A DNA stretch of 56,462 nt from a virus. Shown piece by piece: positions 56,101-56,462 of the stretch (within the stretch, counting starts at the first letter, position 1; every line of letters begins with the position of its first letter). The DNA is taken from IMG/VR virus record IMGVR_UViG_3300021139_000017; one strand, 5' to 3'. A program made the translations under genes and the position numbers. The notes beneath the pieces are model-generated. The model did not search any database, was not told the DNA's origin, and was given only the letters and a program-made list of their open reading frames with translations.

Positions 56101-56462
56101 ATGATTACAGAACTCACGCCAGCCCAAGTCAAACAACTGCCGATTGTCCGCGATGAATGGTTGAAGATCGGATTATCAACCGAGCCAGTGGATAGGACAA
56201 AGGTGCGCGCAATTCTTGGCAGTCTTTACGCGGTGGCCAAGAAACCCGCGCCGAAGTATGTAATTCACCTTACTAGTCCGTTGCATGTGGCGATTGCCAT
56301 TGCACAGATGCGGCTGGGAGACGCCCAAGTCAGCGCCCAAGTCAGCGCCCAAGTCCGCGACCAAGTCAGCGACCAAGTCCGCGACCAAGTCAGCGACCAA
56401 GTCCGCGACCAAGTCAGCGACCAAGTCCGCGCCCAAGTCCGCAACCAAGTCAGCGACCAAGT
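56101..56462 (+). CDS. 5' portion of the junction-spanning (QVxx)n-repeat gene
   Basis: The ATG at 56101 opens MITELTPAQVKQLPIVRDEWLKIGLSTEPVDRTKVRAILGSLYAVAKKPAPKYVIHLTSPLHVAIAIAQMRLGDAQVSAQVSAQVRDQVSD.... There is no stop before the window end. It continues in phase at nt 2 of the window. Confidence 0.6.
   Translation, partial: MITELTPAQVKQLPIVRDEWLKIGLSTEPVDRTKVRAILGSLYAVAKKPAPKYVIHLTSPLHVAIAIAQMRLGDAQVSAQVSAQVRDQVSDQVRDQVSDQVRDQVSDQVRAQVRNQVSDQ
56323..56462 (+). repeat. 12-bp tandem repeat (G/A)(A/C)CCAAGTC(A/C)GC; the first part of the array continued at 1-157
   Basis: Direct reading of about 11.5 consecutive 12-nt units. The last 54 nt equal window positions 1-54. Confidence 0.95.

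Noticed and set aside
56176-56460. 94-aa minus-strand ORF encoding (ADLV)n
   Set aside because: It is the antisense shadow of the 12-bp tandem array. The plus-strand frame continues into conserved flanking domains on both sides, while the minus ORF has no credible flanks.

Overview
The window is best read as one complete, circularly permuted tailed-phage genome. Its first 54 nt are identical to its last 54 nt, so the unique length is about 56,408 bp, and one gene reads in frame across the junction. The host is probably diderm, because the phage encodes lipoproteins, an outer-membrane beta-barrel ending in Phe, and an RlpA-like wall hydrolase. No rRNA, tRNA, CRISPR array or reverse transcriptase was seen.

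Layout:
- A switch region at about 54.0-54.15 kb holds two divergent, paralogous ribbon-helix-helix (RHH) regulators and TTCCTAG operators.
- A roughly 24.8-kb leftward operon runs from 54033 down to 29219. It carries early genes, RusA, an SMC-like ATPase, an Erf plus PD-(D/E)XK exonuclease pair, a large C5 DNA methyltransferase plus ASCH protein, a replication-like gene with internal phased repeats, a GpA-type terminase, a lambda-type portal and a fused HK97 protease/major capsid protein.
- A 6.5-kb opposite-strand island (22.6-29.2 kb) splits the head module from the tail module. It holds ICE/plasmid-type genes: DUF932, an extended DnaN-like clamp, a DUF6573-like protein and a WGR-DNA ligase.
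- The neck/tail/fibre module (22281 down to 7383) has a tail-tube candidate, a tape-measure protein and large fibre-like proteins.
- An unusual lysis/envelope cassette (7378 down to 4262) contains a patatin-like phospholipase.
- A rightward accessory operon (55.4 kb, across the junction, to 4.1 kb) holds a lipoprotein, a (QVxx)n-repeat protein, an ASCH-HNH fusion, a truncated DUF5131, a DndC-like PP-loop ATPase and DUF1643. It ends at a fossil integrase C-terminus.

Most noteworthy observations:
- Signal-peptide-bearing, Cys-repeat fibre-like proteins.
- The patatin-containing lysis cassette.
- The ICE-like island with the extended clamp.
- The stand-alone DndC-like cassette.
- The duplicated operator that links the switch to the accessory operon.

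All family assignments come from motif recognition by eye, and none has been checked against a database.
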